Source: Bacteroidales bacterium UBA1797 (GTDB lineage: Bacteria; Bacteroidota; Bacteroidia; Bacteroidales; VadinHA17). From it: DNA of 54,698 nt. The stretch's first letter is position 1, and each line of letters opens with the position of its first letter. Positions 1 to 9,674 of the stretch are shown here, one piece after another. Location of the stretch: positions 781 through 55,478 of the forward strand of contig DCFT01000087.1 of assembly GCA_002319885.1 (NCBI GenBank). The letters are read 5' to 3'. The translations under genes and the position numbers were made by a program. Below the pieces are notes generated by a model, which was given only the letters and a program-made list of their open reading frames with translations, did no database searches and was not told the DNA's origin.

Positions 1-2
1 CC

Positions 3-317
3 TGGTATGCAGTGCTCGTTATTGGTATTGCATGTGCAGCTCACCAGGCCTGGTCAGCAAATATTTTCACTACTGTAACTGATATGTTTCCCAAAAAAGC
101 TGTAGCTTCTGTTACCGGAATTGGTGGCATGTCAGGCGCGATAGGAGGAATTATTATAGCTCAATGTGCCGGTCTCATTTTAAAATATTATTCCACGCTG
201 GGTAAAATTGAACTGGGTTATGGAATTCTGTTCATTTTTTGCGGAATTGCCTATATGCTGGCATGGATCATTATGCACTTTTTTGTGCCAACGATGAAAC
301 GTGTTGATAATCTATAA
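3..317 (+). CDS. MFS transporter C-terminal part, hexuronate transporter ExuT-like (5'-truncated by window)
   Basis: Frame is open from the window start. AHQAWSANIFT..DMFP..AVASVTGIGG motif and hydrophobic helices are typical of ExuT-type MFS. Adjacent to uxaE. Confidence 0.8.
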   Translation, partial: WYAVLVIGIACAAHQAWSANIFTTVTDMFPKKAVASVTGIGGMSGAIGGIIIAQCAGLILKYYSTLGKIELGYGILFIFCGIAYMLAWIIMHFFVPTMKRVDNL

Positions 318-341
318 GATGAGTCACTGACTTAACTGACA

Positions 342-1397
342 ATGTCACAGAAGAAAGCAAGGATCAAAGATATTGCTACCATGGCCGGTGTCTCTATTGG
401 CACTGTCGACCGTGTTATTCATAACAGAGGTGAGGTGGCTGAAGAAACCAGGATAAGGGTCCAAAGGATCCTTACAGAAACCAACTACTCTCCTAACCTT
501 ATGGCCCAGGTTTTGAAATCAAAAAAAAGGTATCATCTTGTATCGCTACTTCCGGCATCAACCAACAATAATCAATTCTGGAAAAAACATCCCCTGGGGA
601 TGACCAGAGCAATTGAAGAACTTGAACCTTTTCCTGTAACACTCAGTCAGGTGACCTTTGATATGCAGAGCGAGGAAGACTTTATGGAGAAGACTGGTAC
701 AGTACTGAAACTAAAACCCGACGGTGTGCTCCTTGCACCTATATTTGAATCAGAATCAATTACATTTTGTTCACAACTTCAAAAGGATAAAGTTCCTTTT
801 GTTTTTGTTGACGGCTATGTAAGCACTTCAGACTTCCTGGCATATACCGGCGAAGATATTTTTCAGAGCGGCAGGGTTGCCGGACAGCTGACTGATTTAA
901 TAACCCCCGAGAAAGACGACATCTTGATTGTTACGATTGCCAGAAATATTAAAAATGTCCATCACCTGAAACACCGGACCGAAGGATTTATGAGTTATTT
1001 CGAAAAATCAGGAAGAAATACAGGGGAAAAAATCATTCTCAATATTTCTGACCCAGCTCCGCTTGCTGTAAAAAGTTCAATGGATCAAGCATTTATAGAA
1101 AACCCCGGTATCAGGTCAATTTTTATAACAGGATCACGATCATATCTTATTGCTTTATACCTTCAGAAGAAAGGGTTTGAATCCATCAACCTGATAGGCT
1201 ACGATCTTTTGGATACAAATGTTAAGTTTTTAAAATCAGGTATTATCAGGTTTCTGATCGGTCAACGACCAGAGGAACAAACCTATAAAGGAATAAAAAA
1301 GTTATTCGAATTCATTTCAATGCACAAGATTCCTGATAAGATTGAATATCTGCCAGTTGATATTGTGACATCTGAAAATGTTGCCTTTTTTTTATAA
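342..1397 (+). CDS. LacI-family transcriptional regulator
   Basis: N-terminal IKDIATMAGVSIGTVDRVIHNRG HTH followed by a periplasmic-binding-protein-like sugar-binding domain. Confidence 0.92.
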   Translation: MSQKKARIKDIATMAGVSIGTVDRVIHNRGEVAEETRIRVQRILTETNYSPNLMAQVLKSKKRYHLVSLLPASTNNNQFWKKHPLGMTRAIEELEPFPVTLSQVTFDMQSEEDFMEKTGTVLKLKPDGVLLAPIFESESITFCSQLQKDKVPFVFVDGYVSTSDFLAYTGEDIFQSGRVAGQLTDLITPEKDDILIVTIARNIKNVHHLKHRTEGFMSYFEKSGRNTGEKIILNISDPAPLAVKSSMDQAFIENPGIRSIFITGSRSYLIALYLQKKGFESINLIGYDLLDTNVKFLKSGIIRFLIGQRPEEQTYKGIKKLFEFISMHKIPDKIEYLPVDIVTSENVAFFL

Positions 1398-1412
1398 ATT
1401 ATCCTGAATACT

Positions 1413-2666
1413 ATGTTAAAACTTGGAAAATATTCAGTGGGTCTTGGTGACAGATTCGGCCACCAGGGCAGGGCACAGGTAAAAGCAATTATGAAGGCCT
1501 CTGCAAAAGGCATTGAGATAACCCCTGTTTGGAATAAATCGAACAGGGAACATATAACCATAGGCACACAACCCGGTGATGTAAGGGCTGAAGCTGATTC
1601 CGCAACCAAACTTGCACAATATAGCAAACCCTATTTTGTTGATGCTGATCATATAAATATTGATACTGTTGATAGATTTATTGAAAGTTCAGATTTTTTT
1701 ACTATTGACGTAGCGTCGTATATTGGTAAAAAAGCGGATGCAGGTGAAATTGACGAATTCGTTGCAAGTGTGGAAAAATATACCGGCAAACTGGAAATAC
1801 CCGGGACAAAACTTTCGTTTATAACTACAAAGCAGCAAATAGTTGAGATAGCTGAAAAGTATCTGTTTGCTGCAATCAAAGCCTTTGATATATATAGAAA
1901 AATTGAAAAGGCAAAAGGAAAACAGAATTTCATAACTGAGGTCTCAATGGACGAGGTCTCCCATCCTCAGACACCTGTTGAAATGTTTTACATTCTGAAA
2001 ATGCTGGCTTCCAAAAACATTCCACTCCAGACAATAGCTCCAAAATTCTCAGGACGCTTCAATAAAGGCGTTGATTATGCAGGCGACCCTCTTAAGTTTG
2101 CATCAGAGTTTGAATCGGATCTGATGGTGATCGATTTTGCCATTAAAGAATTCGGACTTCCCGAAAATTTAAAAATGAGCATCCATTCTGGTTCAGATAA
2201 GTTTGCAATATATCCTTATATAGGTTCAATAATCAAAAAGCATAATAAGGGAATTCATGTCAAAACAGCCGGTACAACATGGCTTGAAGAAGTTATAGGA
2301 CTCGCGGAATCAGGAGGCGAGGCACTTATGTTCGTAAAAGAAATTTATATAAAATCTCTTGAAAAAATTGAAGAACTGTGTGCTCCATATGCAGATGTGA
2401 TAGATATTAAGCTTTCTTTTCTTCCGTCAAAATCAGATGTATTGCTGTGGGATAATAACAGATTTGCCGCTTCTCTGAGACATGTACCCGGAAATAAAGA
2501 CTATAATGCAAATATGAGGCAGCTGATTCATGTTGCCTACAAGTTGGCAGCATTAAAATTGGATGAGTATTATAAATTAATTGAAGCAAACGAAACCACT
2601 GTTTCACAATGTGTCTTTGAAAATATCTATTACAGGCACATCTGCAGATTATTTGACATTAAATAA
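1413..2666 (+). CDS. uxaE: Tagaturonate/fructuronate epimerase (UxaE family)
   Basis: GLGDRFG, FVDADH, EVSMDE, APKFSGRFNKGVDY, SIHSGSDKF and HVKTAGTTWLE motifs; hexuronate context. Confidence 0.88.
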   Translation: MLKLGKYSVGLGDRFGHQGRAQVKAIMKASAKGIEITPVWNKSNREHITIGTQPGDVRAEADSATKLAQYSKPYFVDADHINIDTVDRFIESSDFFTIDVASYIGKKADAGEIDEFVASVEKYTGKLEIPGTKLSFITTKQQIVEIAEKYLFAAIKAFDIYRKIEKAKGKQNFITEVSMDEVSHPQTPVEMFYILKMLASKNIPLQTIAPKFSGRFNKGVDYAGDPLKFASEFESDLMVIDFAIKEFGLPENLKMSIHSGSDKFAIYPYIGSIIKKHNKGIHVKTAGTTWLEEVIGLAESGGEALMFVKEIYIKSLEKIEELCAPYADVIDIKLSFLPSKSDVLLWDNNRFAASLRHVPGNKDYNANMRQLIHVAYKLAALKLDEYYKLIEANETTVSQCVFENIYYRHICRLFDIK

Positions 2667-2749
2667 TTTCAAAAGCGCAGAGACACTTTAAGGATCAGGA
2701 CAATGATTTATTTACCAATTAACTGCCCAGCTATCTCATTATAAGCCTA

Positions 2750-4588
2750 TCACTCTAATGTTTTCATTCCTGAAATAATCTTTGGCTCTGTCTGGTAAAG
2801 ATCAAAAACCATTATTTCGTTCATTCCTTCCCTCATCCATGTCGACGGGCAGAAGAGTCTTTTTTGAGGCCCTATATTCCAGTAGTTACCTAAATTGTGC
2901 CCATTAACCCATATAAGTCCCTTTGTAAAGTTAGAAAAATCGATATATGTGTCGGACCATAAATTCCCTCCAGCTCTTGACAATACAAAATTACCTCTGA
3001 AAAAGACTCCTGGTTTCTTAAGCGATATGCCTGATGATCTGAGATCCCAGATGAATTTTTTATCCATTGGAAGATTATAGATTTGCCAGTTTAGCAACGT
3101 CGTACCATCAAGTGTCACACTATCGGTAATACCTTTTCTGTCTATAATATTCTTACCATAATTAAGACGACCCATCGCTTCAACAAATAACTCTAGTACT
3201 GGTTTCTCAACACTGCCTGCTGGAATATCAATTGAATTTATCCCCTCTCTTCTGTCGAGGTTTCCTATATAGTTGCCATTTAGAAAGACGGTAGCATAAT
3301 CATGTATATCACTCACAACAAGTTTTCCACTCTTAGGTCCAGTAAGTTCAGTTTTATACAAAATAAAACCATGGTCCTGACCATATGCTTCGAATGATTC
3401 CGGATGAACAGAGTTCACAGGATTAGGAAGATCATCCCATATAGAGGAAAAGGGCTGCATTTCAATGGGGGTTAATTCAATAGCAGAAATTGACGGTGGT
3501 ACAGGAAACAAATTTTCCCCTTTTGGAAGATATGAACCTATGAGATGTCGAAGAGAAAAATATTTTCCGGTAGGCTGCCCTTGTTCATTGATAGGAGCAT
3601 CGTAATCGTAGCTTGTAACATCAGGTTCATAGCCTTTTCCTCCGGAATTTGCACCGGCAGTATATCCGAAATTGGTTCCGCCCTGTATAACATATAAATT
3701 AAAAGATTTCTTGTTATCCATCAGGAATTTAACCTGCGAAAGAAGATCTGCGGAGTCGCGTCTGGCCCATTTTTCTCCCCAGTGAGTCAACCATCCTGTA
3801 TAAGTTTCGCTACTGAAAACCGGCACACCAGGATTTATTTTTGCTGCAAGATCAAAATCCGCTAACGAACTTCCGGAATTCAGTCCGACAGCACTTCCGG
3901 GAAGAGACCCGGCTTCCAGCATTTCTTTTGTTGGTCCGTCGCAGGTGAAGGTAGGAATATCAATTCCCAGCGATGCCCAGATCTCTTTCAGTTTCATAAG
4001 ATAATTTCTGTCCTTACCGAAACTTCCATATTCATTTTCAATCTGTAACATCAATATTGGTCCCCCTTCTGTAACCAGAAAAGGCTTTATTACTTCCGAG
4101 AGTTTTCCAATATATCGTTCTGCTGCTGCCATATAGCGGGGATCTAAACTCCTAAGCTTAATATCCGGAATTTTAAGAAGGTATGAAGGAATTCCACCAA
4201 GATCCCATTCAGCGCAGACATAAGGACCTGGTCGTAAGATAAGCCACATCCCCTCTTCCTGAACAATTTTGATAAATTCAGCCAGGTTATGGTTATCGGT
4301 AGTGAAATCAAATACCCCCTCTTCAGATTCATAGAAATTCCAAAACACATAAGCTGATATCGTATTGCAACCCATGGCTTTTGCCATTTGGATGCTGTGT
4401 CTCCAATATTCAGCTTGAATCCTTGCAGGGTGCAATTCTCCGCTTATTATCTGAAACGGTTTCCGATCAAGCAGAAATTCTGAAGTCCCTAATTTGAATA
4501 TGTGTTTTTTTGGTTTCTGAGCATTTGCAATTGCTGAGATAAAAACTAAGCTTATTAACACCACTAAAAACAAATTCCGTTTAATCAT
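2750..4588 (-). CDS. Secreted beta-galactosidase, glycoside hydrolase family 35
   Basis: Signal peptide; ISGELH, LRPGPYVCAEW, QIENEYG, SETYTGWLTHWG and TSYDYDAP GH35 motifs. Confidence 0.92.
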   Translation of the reverse strand: MIKRNLFLVVLISLVFISAIANAQKPKKHIFKLGTSEFLLDRKPFQIISGELHPARIQAEYWRHSIQMAKAMGCNTISAYVFWNFYESEEGVFDFTTDNHNLAEFIKIVQEEGMWLILRPGPYVCAEWDLGGIPSYLLKIPDIKLRSLDPRYMAAAERYIGKLSEVIKPFLVTEGGPILMLQIENEYGSFGKDRNYLMKLKEIWASLGIDIPTFTCDGPTKEMLEAGSLPGSAVGLNSGSSLADFDLAAKINPGVPVFSSETYTGWLTHWGEKWARRDSADLLSQVKFLMDNKKSFNLYVIQGGTNFGYTAGANSGGKGYEPDVTSYDYDAPINEQGQPTGKYFSLRHLIGSYLPKGENLFPVPPSISAIELTPIEMQPFSSIWDDLPNPVNSVHPESFEAYGQDHGFILYKTELTGPKSGKLVVSDIHDYATVFLNGNYIGNLDRREGINSIDIPAGSVEKPVLELFVEAMGRLNYGKNIIDRKGITDSVTLDGTTLLNWQIYNLPMDKKFIWDLRSSGISLKKPGVFFRGNFVLSRAGGNLWSDTYIDFSNFTKGLIWVNGHNLGNYWNIGPQKRLFCPSTWMREGMNEIMVFDLYQTEPKIISGMKTLE

Positions 4589-4625
4589 ATCTTTATCAAA
4601 TATTTATATTCATAAAATCTATACC

Positions 4626-6452
4626 TCAAATAGCTTGAAAACTGTGTAGTTTCCGATAAAATCCCTCCTGCTTCTCCATCAGCTCATTATGAGTGCCGGT
4701 TTCAACAATTCTGCCATCATCAAGCACAACAATCAGATCAGCATTTTGTATAGTTGAAAGTCTGTGAGCAATTACCAGAGAGGTTCTGTTTTTCATTAAT
4801 TTAAGTATCGCATCCTGAACAAGTCTTTCCGATTCAGTGTCGAGGGCAGATGTAGCTTCATCGAGAATAAGAATTGGCGGATTAGCCATTATGGCTCTGG
4901 CAATACTGATTCGTTGCTTTTGACCGCCACTCAGTTTGTTTCCTGATTCTCCTACAAAATTTTCATAGCCTTTCTCAGTCTCCATAATGAATTCGTGTGC
5001 ATTTGCGATATGAGCGGCATTTTCTATTCTATCCATCTCAGCTGTTGCTACCCCGAAAGCTATATTCTCCTTAAAAGAAGTGTTGAACAAGATAGGATGC
5101 TGACTAACAATTCCCATAAGATACCTTAAGTCCCTTATCTTCAGGTCGCGGATGTCAACTCCGTCAATAAGAATGCTACCTCTGTCGGGGTCCATAAACC
5201 TGGGGAGCATATCAGCCAGGGTTGATTTTCCTGCACCCGATTTACCAACAATAGCGAGAGTCTGACCTTTCCTTATTTTCAGGTTTATATCTTTTAGTAC
5301 CGGCTCATTGTTGTAAGCATACCATACACCTTTAAATTCAATAGAATCGTTAAATCCACTAACAGGTATTGCATTCTCTTTCTCTGTTATAGTTTCCTCA
5401 GCATCCAGTACCTGATCGATCCTGTCAATTGAAGCCATACCCTTCTGAATAGCAAAATATGCTGTTGTTATATTTTTAGCAGGCTGAATTATCTGTGAAA
5501 ACACTGTAAGATAAACGATGAGGTCAGCCGGCGCCATTTTCCCCGAGCCGTGAAGAACCAGTGACCCTCCAACATAAAGGATTATTAATATAACGATAGT
5601 TGAAAGAAATTCGCTAAGAGGGGTAGCCAGGTAAGCTTTTCTGATTACTCTTTTGAATACCTTTGAATATCGTTCATTAGAGTCTGAGAACTGGGTCTTC
5701 ATTTTTTCCTCAGCATTGAATCCCTTAACAATCCTTAATCCCGTAAGCGTTTCTTCTACAACTGTAAGGAGTTTTCCAAGATTCTGCTGACCGGTAAGTG
5801 ACGAAGATCTTAAAGTACGGCTTGCACGTCCTATCAGCCAGCCACTTGCCGGGAGAAGAACAAGAGCAAAAAGAGTTAATTCGTAAGATGATACAAAAAG
5901 ATAGATAACAAGAACAACGATCAGTATGGGGTCCCTGAACATCATGGTAAGTGATGACATGATGGAGACCTCAATTTCCTGAACATCGTTAGACACTCTG
6001 GTCATCACATCTCCTTTTCTTGCGTCTGTAAAGAAAGACAGAGGCAATTTGAGAATCTTTTCATAAAGTTTTTTTCTAAGATCTCTTACAGTGCTTGCCC
6101 TGATGAATGCCATACAATTATTAGCGAGAAAAATAAATGTATTTTTGAAGAGGCTTGCGACTAAAACTACGAGCACCGCCAGTAACAAAGCACCGGTTGG
6201 TCCGTATTTGCCAATAAAAGTCGCCAGAATGTAATTTTGAAATTTGTCTATGTAAGCTGGATTTAGTTGAAATGGGCCAGGATCAGGAAGCGCAACGATT
6301 TTTTCGAAATTGAACAATACGTTTAAGAAAGGTTTTATAAGTGAGAAAGTGATCAGTGTAAATACTGCTGCAAGAACATTATATAGAATATTTTTTATTG
6401 CCGACCATTTATATGGTGCAATATATTTAAGCAGCAATTTTATGTTATTCAT
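4626..6452 (-). CDS. ABC exporter, fused permease/ATPase (MsbA-like)
   Basis: N-terminal TM domain; Walker A GKSGAGKS, signature LSGGQ, Walker B ILDEATSALD, H-loop IAHRLST. Confidence 0.9.
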   Translation of the reverse strand: MNNIKLLLKYIAPYKWSAIKNILYNVLAAVFTLITFSLIKPFLNVLFNFEKIVALPDPGPFQLNPAYIDKFQNYILATFIGKYGPTGALLLAVLVVLVASLFKNTFIFLANNCMAFIRASTVRDLRKKLYEKILKLPLSFFTDARKGDVMTRVSNDVQEIEVSIMSSLTMMFRDPILIVVLVIYLFVSSYELTLFALVLLPASGWLIGRASRTLRSSSLTGQQNLGKLLTVVEETLTGLRIVKGFNAEEKMKTQFSDSNERYSKVFKRVIRKAYLATPLSEFLSTIVILIILYVGGSLVLHGSGKMAPADLIVYLTVFSQIIQPAKNITTAYFAIQKGMASIDRIDQVLDAEETITEKENAIPVSGFNDSIEFKGVWYAYNNEPVLKDINLKIRKGQTLAIVGKSGAGKSTLADMLPRFMDPDRGSILIDGVDIRDLKIRDLRYLMGIVSQHPILFNTSFKENIAFGVATAEMDRIENAAHIANAHEFIMETEKGYENFVGESGNKLSGGQKQRISIARAIMANPPILILDEATSALDTESERLVQDAILKLMKNRTSLVIAHRLSTIQNADLIVVLDDGRIVETGTHNELMEKQEGFYRKLHSFQAI

Positions 6453-6467
6453 TTAATTCATTTTTGA

Positions 6468-7811
6468 TTAAAAACCTGTGTAATTGAAGGGAGTGATTGC
6501 TTTCAGTTCGTTTTTCACCGTCTCACTCAGATCCAGGCTTTCAATGAAATTAGATATTGATTCAAAAGTGATTTTCTGATTTGTGCGGGTGAGATCGAGA
6601 AGAGCCTCATATGGATTCGGATAACCTTCTCTTCGCAATATTGTCTGTATTGCTTCCGCAACGACAGCCCAGTTATTATCCAGGTCACTTTTTATTTTTT
6701 CAGTATTTACAATAAGTTTATTCAGGCCTTTCAATAATGAATTAAAGGCTATTAATGAATGACCTATGGGGACTCCGATATTTCTTAAGACCGTAGAATC
6801 CGAAAGGTCACGCTGGAGTCTCGATATCGGCAATTTCATTGAAAAATGTTCAAAAATTGCATTTGCGTATCCAAGATTACCTTCGCCATTTTCAAAATCA
6901 ATCGGATTAACTTTGTGAGGCATTGCCGATGAGCCGATCTCTCCTTTCCTTATTTTTTGTCTGAAATAGTCCATCGAAATATATAACCAGATGTCGCGGG
7001 CCATATCGGTGAGTATGATATTTATCCTGCGCATATTATCAAATAAGGCAGCAAGATTATCATAATGCTCGATCTGGGTAGTTGGATGAGAACGTTCGAG
7101 GCCAAGTTCCTCATTCACAAAATTATTTGCAAAAGCAATCCAGTCTATCTCAGGATAAGCAACTTTATGTGCATTGAAATTTCCTGTCGCACCACCGAAC
7201 TTTGCAGAATATGGTATTTGTCCGAAATATTTTGTTTGTCCGTCAATTCTTGCAATAAATACTTCAATCTCTTTTCCCAGCCTCGTTGGAGTAGCCGGCT
7301 GTCCGTGTGTTCGAGCAAGCATCGGTATATCCTTCCACTCGCTGGCATAAGCAGCAAGTGTTTCACGCAACTCATAAAGTACTGGAAAATACACATTTAT
7401 CATCGCATCCTTTATTGATAAAGGGATTGCTGTATTGTTAATGTCTTGTGAAGTAAGGCCAAAATGAACAAATTCGCTCCACTTTCCCCAGCCGGATTGA
7501 AAAAATCTTTCTTTCAGAAAATATTCTATTGCCTTTATATCATGGTTGGTTATTTTCTCTCTTTCCTTTATTTTTTCAGCATCAGTCAGATCAAAGTCTT
7601 CATAAATTGACCTCAGTATCTTGAAATTATCCTTTTTAAAATCCTGAAGCTGGGGAAGAGGTATTTCACAAAGGGCAATAAAATATTCTATTTCTACCAT
7701 CAACCGGTATTTGATTAAACCGAATTCAGAAAAATACAGGTCGAGTTCGTCAACTTTTTGTCTGTATCTTCCATCAAGAGGAGATATGGCAGTAAGAAAA
7801 TTTAATTCCAT
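6468..7811 (-). CDS. purB: Adenylosuccinate lyase
   Basis: ISPLDGRY, HFGLTSQD, ARTHGQPA and GSSAMPHKVNPIDFEN signatures. Confidence 0.97.
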   Translation of the reverse strand: MELNFLTAISPLDGRYRQKVDELDLYFSEFGLIKYRLMVEIEYFIALCEIPLPQLQDFKKDNFKILRSIYEDFDLTDAEKIKEREKITNHDIKAIEYFLKERFFQSGWGKWSEFVHFGLTSQDINNTAIPLSIKDAMINVYFPVLYELRETLAAYASEWKDIPMLARTHGQPATPTRLGKEIEVFIARIDGQTKYFGQIPYSAKFGGATGNFNAHKVAYPEIDWIAFANNFVNEELGLERSHPTTQIEHYDNLAALFDNMRRINIILTDMARDIWLYISMDYFRQKIRKGEIGSSAMPHKVNPIDFENGEGNLGYANAIFEHFSMKLPISRLQRDLSDSTVLRNIGVPIGHSLIAFNSLLKGLNKLIVNTEKIKSDLDNNWAVVAEAIQTILRREGYPNPYEALLDLTRTNQKITFESISNFIESLDLSETVKNELKAITPFNYTGF

Positions 7812-7852
7812 TTTTTATCAGATTGGTGTTTCACTTGTTATACGTATAATTA

Positions 7853-7860
7853 CAAAAGTA
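7853..7860 (-). promoter_or_regulatory. Candidate Bacteroidota -7 promoter element for purB
   Basis: CAAAAGTA on + reads TACTTTTG on -, matching TAnnTTTG, about 40 nt upstream of purB. Confidence 0.45.
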
Positions 7861-7888
7861 CTATTTTAGATGTTGTAAAAAAAAAGGT

Positions 7889-8644
7889 ATGGATAAAATC
7901 AGAATTTCAGCAGTCAAATATGCAAACACATATCCATTTATATATGGATTGATGGAAAGCGGATTCGAGAAAAAGGTAATTCTCGAGACTGATCATCCGG
8001 CCGATTGTGCTGCGAAACTGATTGGCATGAGAGCTGATATTGGTCTCATTCCTGTGGCAGCTCTGCCGCAAGTGAAAGATTATAATATTATAAGCGATTA
8101 TTGCATAGGCGCCAACGGAAATGTAAAAACTGTAATGCTGTTAAGCAACTGCCCTTTTAATGATATTCGGAATATTTATCTTGATTATCGGTCACAGTCA
8201 TCAATAAATCTTACTAAAGTCCTGGCAAAAAACAGCTGGAAAAGGGAATTCAGATGGATCAGCACTTCCAAAACATTTGATTTTCTGAATATTGGTCTCA
8301 ATGAAGCTGTCGTATTAATCGGCGACCAGTGCTTTGAATATGAGAACAGTTTCAGTCATAAGATTGACCTTGCAAATGAGTGGAATAAATTTTCAGGTCT
8401 TCCGTTTGTCTTCGCCTGCTGGACAGCTAACAGGGAGCTCGACAGTAAATTTATTAAGGAATTCAACGAAGCATTATCCCTTGGAGTTAATAATATTGAT
8501 GGTGTAGTTGACAGGTTTGGTAATACAGGAATAATAAACGGGGAAAATCTCAAAAGATATCTTCTTGAGAATATTGATTTCAATTTCAATGAAGATAAAA
8601 AAGCAGGACTAAAGCTGTTTCTGAAGTTGATGGGGGAAATTTAA
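7889..8644 (+). CDS. mqnA: Chorismate dehydratase MqnA (futalosine menaquinone pathway), MqnA/MqnD family
   Basis: ISAVKYANTYP, DIGLIPV, CIGANGNVKTV, LIGD and DLANEW..GLPFVFACW motifs. Confidence 0.85.
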   Translation: MDKIRISAVKYANTYPFIYGLMESGFEKKVILETDHPADCAAKLIGMRADIGLIPVAALPQVKDYNIISDYCIGANGNVKTVMLLSNCPFNDIRNIYLDYRSQSSINLTKVLAKNSWKREFRWISTSKTFDFLNIGLNEAVVLIGDQCFEYENSFSHKIDLANEWNKFSGLPFVFACWTANRELDSKFIKEFNEALSLGVNNIDGVVDRFGNTGIINGENLKRYLLENIDFNFNEDKKAGLKLFLKLMGEI

Positions 8645-8827
8645 ATAACTCGCTACTTTGCTGCAAAACATAGAAGTTTTCAATACCAGGGAGTGATTTA
8701 ATAATATTCTTTATTATCCCATCCCTAAATCCACTAAGAAGGACTTTATAAATTGTTTCTTTTAAAGGCCCTCATAGGGGAGAAATATGAAGGTTGACTT
8801 ATATTAAAGATTGAAATAGAATTTATT

Positions 8828-9280
8828 ATGGAAAACACTTACTTACATAACGATATGAAAATCAGAGACTATCGCGAAACCGACTACAACGAAATTATGA
8901 ATTTCTGGAACTTAACCGATATGGGTAATCCGGAACGAGGTGATAACAGTGAGACAATAAATAAAACTCTGGAATTAGGTGGAAAACTGCTGGTAATGGA
9001 ATCAAAATCTTCAGGACAAATTTGTGGTACTTCGTGGATGACATACGACGGGAGAAGAATACTTCTTCACCATTTTGGCATACTGCCTGAATGCCAGGGT
9101 AAAGGGCTTTCAAAAATACTTTTAAAAGAATCTCTCCTATTTGCAAAAAAAACAGGCGCACAGATAAAGCTTGAGGTTCATTCCACGAATATAAAAGCAA
9201 TAAGTCTTTATAAGAAATTCGGTTTTAAACATCTTGGCGAATATAATGTCTACATAATAAGGGAGGTATCGAATTTATAA
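8828..9280 (+). CDS. GNAT-family N-acetyltransferase (start may be 8855)
   Basis: ILPECQGKGLS acetyl-CoA motif A and N..AISLYKKFGF motif B. Confidence 0.88.
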   Translation: MENTYLHNDMKIRDYRETDYNEIMNFWNLTDMGNPERGDNSETINKTLELGGKLLVMESKSSGQICGTSWMTYDGRRILLHHFGILPECQGKGLSKILLKESLLFAKKTGAQIKLEVHSTNIKAISLYKKFGFKHLGEYNVYIIREVSNL

Positions 9281-9310
9281 ATATGTTTTTCAAATTGTCT
9301 ATTTTATATT

Positions 9311-9318
9311 TAACTTTG
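9311..9318 (+). promoter_or_regulatory. Candidate -7 promoter element
   Basis: TAACTTTG matches TAnnTTTG, about 50 nt upstream of the 9368 ATG. Confidence 0.5.
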
Positions 9319-9367
9319 GGTCGTAGTGTAGCTTTATAAGTTTATTGACAAACTAATATATAATATC

Positions 9368-9613
9368 ATGGCTAAAACAATCACCTTTAATGAGCTCCGG
9401 AAGATAAAAGACCAGTTGCCCTCCGGTAGTATGAGACAGATTGCAGAAAAACTGGATTTGAATGAAGAGACAGTGAGAAACTACTTCGGAGGGAGAAATT
9501 TTGATAAGGGCCAAAGTGTTGGAATTCATTTTGAACAGGGACCGGATGGAGGTATTGTTACTATTGACGATACGACTATTCTTGATCTTGCACAGAAAAT
9601 GATCAATTACTAA
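9368..9613 (+). CDS. Small HTH-like DNA-binding protein of the type seen in Bacteroidales
   Basis: MRQIAEKLDLNEETVRNYF is HTH-like. The gene has its own candidate promoter and terminator. Confidence 0.8.
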   Translation: MAKTITFNELRKIKDQLPSGSMRQIAEKLDLNEETVRNYFGGRNFDKGQSVGIHFEQGPDGGIVTIDDTTILDLAQKMINY

Positions 9614-9635
9614 CTCATTATCTGACAGCCTGTTC

Positions 9636-9669
9636 AAAAGCAAAAGGCTCTGTCTTTTGCTTTTTTTTT
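9636..9669 (+). terminator. Rho-independent terminator
   Basis: AAAAGCAAAAG-loop-CTTTTGCTTTT stem running into a T tract, just after the stop at 9613. Confidence 0.75.
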
Positions 9670-9674
9670 AAATT

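Noticed and set aside
9353-9643. 96-aa minus-strand ORF
   Set aside because: Overlaps the better-supported + strand HTH gene, which has a promoter and terminator.
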